DNA of 64,000 nucleotides from Acidimicrobiales bacterium (GTDB lineage Bacteria; Actinomycetota; Acidimicrobiia; Acidimicrobiales; JAJPHE01). Both the position numbers and the translations under genes were made by a program. Positions 62,714 through 64,000 of this stretch are shown here, piece after piece; the first letter of the stretch is position 1, and the number at the start of each line of letters is the position of its first letter. Under the pieces are notes generated by a model that saw only the letters and a program-made list of their open reading frames with translations, ran no database searches and had not been told where the DNA came from. The DNA lies in assembly GCA_035653595.1 (NCBI GenBank), contig DASRBO010000190.1:5167-69166 (forward strand), in the 5' to 3' direction.

Positions 62714-63763
62714 TCAGGGCGGCGGCTCAGGTGGGCCGAGGACCAGGCTACGAAGCGAGTCGATCTGGGTCACGTTCCCGATAACCACCAGGACGTCTCC
62801 CCCCTCGACCTCGGCCTCGGGCGGCGGGTTGGTCCGGAAGGCCTCCCCGGGGTGGCGCAGGGCCAGGACCAGTGCCCCGGTCTGGGCGTGGACCTTGGCG
62901 CTGCGCAGAGTCTGGCCAGCCAGAGGCGAGTCATGGGGGACCTCGATCTGTTCGAGGCGGAACTCCAGGCTCCCGTCGTGCATGACCACGTCCAGGAACT
63001 CGGCCACGTGCGGTTGGGCGGCCAGGGCGGCCATGCGGGACCCACCCAGGTCCTGCGGGTTCACCACCCGGTCGGCCCCGGCCTGGATCAGTTTCGCCGA
63101 CGCCGCATCCGACGCGGTGCGGGCCACGATGAACAGGTCCGGCCGCATCGAGCGGCCGGTGAGGGTGACATAAAGGTTCTCGGCGTCGGTGTTGAGGGCC
63201 GTGATCAGGACCCGAGCGCGGTCGATCCCCGCCTCCCGCAGCACGTCTTCGTCGGTGGCGTCGCCGCAGACCTTGGGGCCCTCGACCGTGGCGCACCGCT
63301 CGGCCGACACGTCGACCACTACCACATCGAGGTGGGACGCCTGCAGATAGCGGCCGATGGCGCGGCCCACCCGACCCCATCCGCAGAGCACCACGTGACC
63401 GCTCATCGCCCGCAGCTGGCGCTCCATCCTTCTCCTCCCGAACTCGTCGGCCAGATAACCCTCGACGAGAGTCTCGACCAGGACGCTGAAGGTATAAGCG
63501 GCGGTGCCGACGCCCGTCAGGATCAAGGCGATGGCGAAGACCTCCTCGCCGGTGCCGAACGGATGGACCTCACCAAAGCCGACGGTGGTGACCGTTATGA
63601 CCGTCTGGAACAGCGCATCCACGGGGCGATAGCCGAAGCCGATGAAGCCGAGGGTCCCTCCGAGGACGGTGAGAACCAGGACCGCCAGGCCCGCCCTCAA
63701 CCGGCGCCAGAGCCTGGCGCTACCGGCTGACCGCTCGGCGGGGGCACCCCCTCTGGCGTTCAT
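62714..63763 (-). CDS. Two-TM potassium channel with RCK/TrkA-N and TrkA-C domains (MthK-like)
   Basis: Trimmed to ATG 63763. The pore helix and selectivity filter read TVTTVGFGE. The Rossmann segment is VVLCGWGRVGRAIG, followed by a TrkA-C-like C-terminus. Confidence 0.85.
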   Translation of the reverse strand: MNARGGAPAERSAGSARLWRRLRAGLAVLVLTVLGGTLGFIGFGYRPVDALFQTVITVTTVGFGEVHPFGTGEEVFAIALILTGVGTAAYTFSVLVETLVEGYLADEFGRRRMERQLRAMSGHVVLCGWGRVGRAIGRYLQASHLDVVVVDVSAERCATVEGPKVCGDATDEDVLREAGIDRARVLITALNTDAENLYVTLTGRSMRPDLFIVARTASDAASAKLIQAGADRVVNPQDLGGSRMAALAAQPHVAEFLDVVMHDGSLEFRLEQIEVPHDSPLAGQTLRSAKVHAQTGALVLALRHPGEAFRTNPPPEAEVEGGDVLVVIGNVTQIDSLRSLVLGPPEPPP

Positions 63764-63808
63764 GGCCAATTGTGACCGATGGGGGCCTCCTCCTCTACAT
63801 TGGCCCGG

Positions 63809-64000
63809 GTGAGCGAGCCCGGCCCGGTCCAGGGCAAAAGCCCGGTGCGGGAGGCGCCTGCCGGGGTCCGGGTGTTCCGCTGTTTCGCCTTCCTCGATCT
63901 GTGCGGGTTCACAGAGCTGGGCGACGAGTTCGGCGATGACGCCGCCGTGTCCGAGTTGCGGACCCTGCGAGAACTGGTCCGAGCCGAAACGACCCACTGG
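63809..64000 (+). CDS. Possible class III adenylate/guanylate cyclase-like protein, N-terminal fragment running off the right edge
   Basis: Not in the ORF track because there is no stop in the window. Translation from GTG 63809 gives …VRVFRCFAFLDLCGFTELGDEFGDDAAVSELRTLRELV…, which resembles the F-x-D-I-x-G-F-T start of cyclase homology domains. Only 64 codons are visible. Confidence 0.35.
   Translation, partial: MSEPGPVQGKSPVREAPAGVRVFRCFAFLDLCGFTELGDEFGDDAAVSELRTLRELVRAETTHW

Noticed and set aside
1-64000. CRISPR arrays, tRNA/rRNA genes, IS elements, integrases, prophage or toxin-antitoxin/defence genes
   Set aside because: No regularly spaced repeats were seen. All non-coding gaps are under 190 bp and lack tRNA-like structure. 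No ORF showed transposase, recombinase or phage motifs. This was a scan by eye, so small ncRNAs cannot be excluded.

Overview
This is a very GC-rich, densely coding chromosomal segment of actinobacterial type. GC is roughly 70% by eye and was not computed. The actinobacterial call rests on MurT/GatD, a MoxR-DUF58 module, LxxC lipoproteins, frequent GTG/TTG starts and pervasive ATGA/GTGA start-stop overlaps. I can support about 50 protein-coding genes. I found no rRNA or tRNA, no CRISPR array, and no transposase, integrase or phage genes. Most long ORFs in the track are antisense or off-frame shadows typical of high-GC DNA, and several real genes had to be trimmed to internal starts.

Content from left to right:
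1. 1-12.6 kb is a lipid-flavoured block. It holds a CDP-alcohol phosphatidyltransferase fragment, a CCAEP-tail B12 radical SAM protein, an ATP-grasp protein and a divergent Nfu Fe-S protein. It continues with an AgpS-like FAD oxidase, a fatty acyl-CoA reductase fused to HAD, a Zn-ADH, a LarA-like protein and a PlsC acyltransferase.
2. 12.6-20.2 kb holds a GntR regulator, a mitochondrial-type aconitase, a HAD/PlsC-MurT-GatD operon and a LysR regulator.
3. 20-31 kb holds an acyl-CoA synthetase, a DHA2 MFS transporter, a flippase, two alpha/beta hydrolases and two amidohydrolases.
4. 31-39.7 kb is an unbroken 8-gene overlap chain: MoxR, DUF58, a transglutaminase-like membrane protein whose catalytic triad is lost, two lipoproteins, TetR, SDR and AKR.
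5. 39.8-62 kb holds two paralogous Liv/HAAT-type ABC transporter loci with unusual architecture: fused LivH-LivM permeases, oversized binding proteins, and an MFS domain fused to the ATPases. They bracket an island with an L-fuconate-dehydratase-like enzyme, a leaderless sulfatase, a GH42-like hydrolase and a leaderless SBP-fold protein.
6. 62-64 kb holds small proteins, an RCK K+ channel and a cyclase-like fragment.

The most interesting candidates are the MFS-LivF-LivG fusion transporters with their island, and the AgpS/FAR/LarA-like/PlsC lipid operon. All family calls come from motif recognition by eye. No database search was run, so novelty cannot be asserted.
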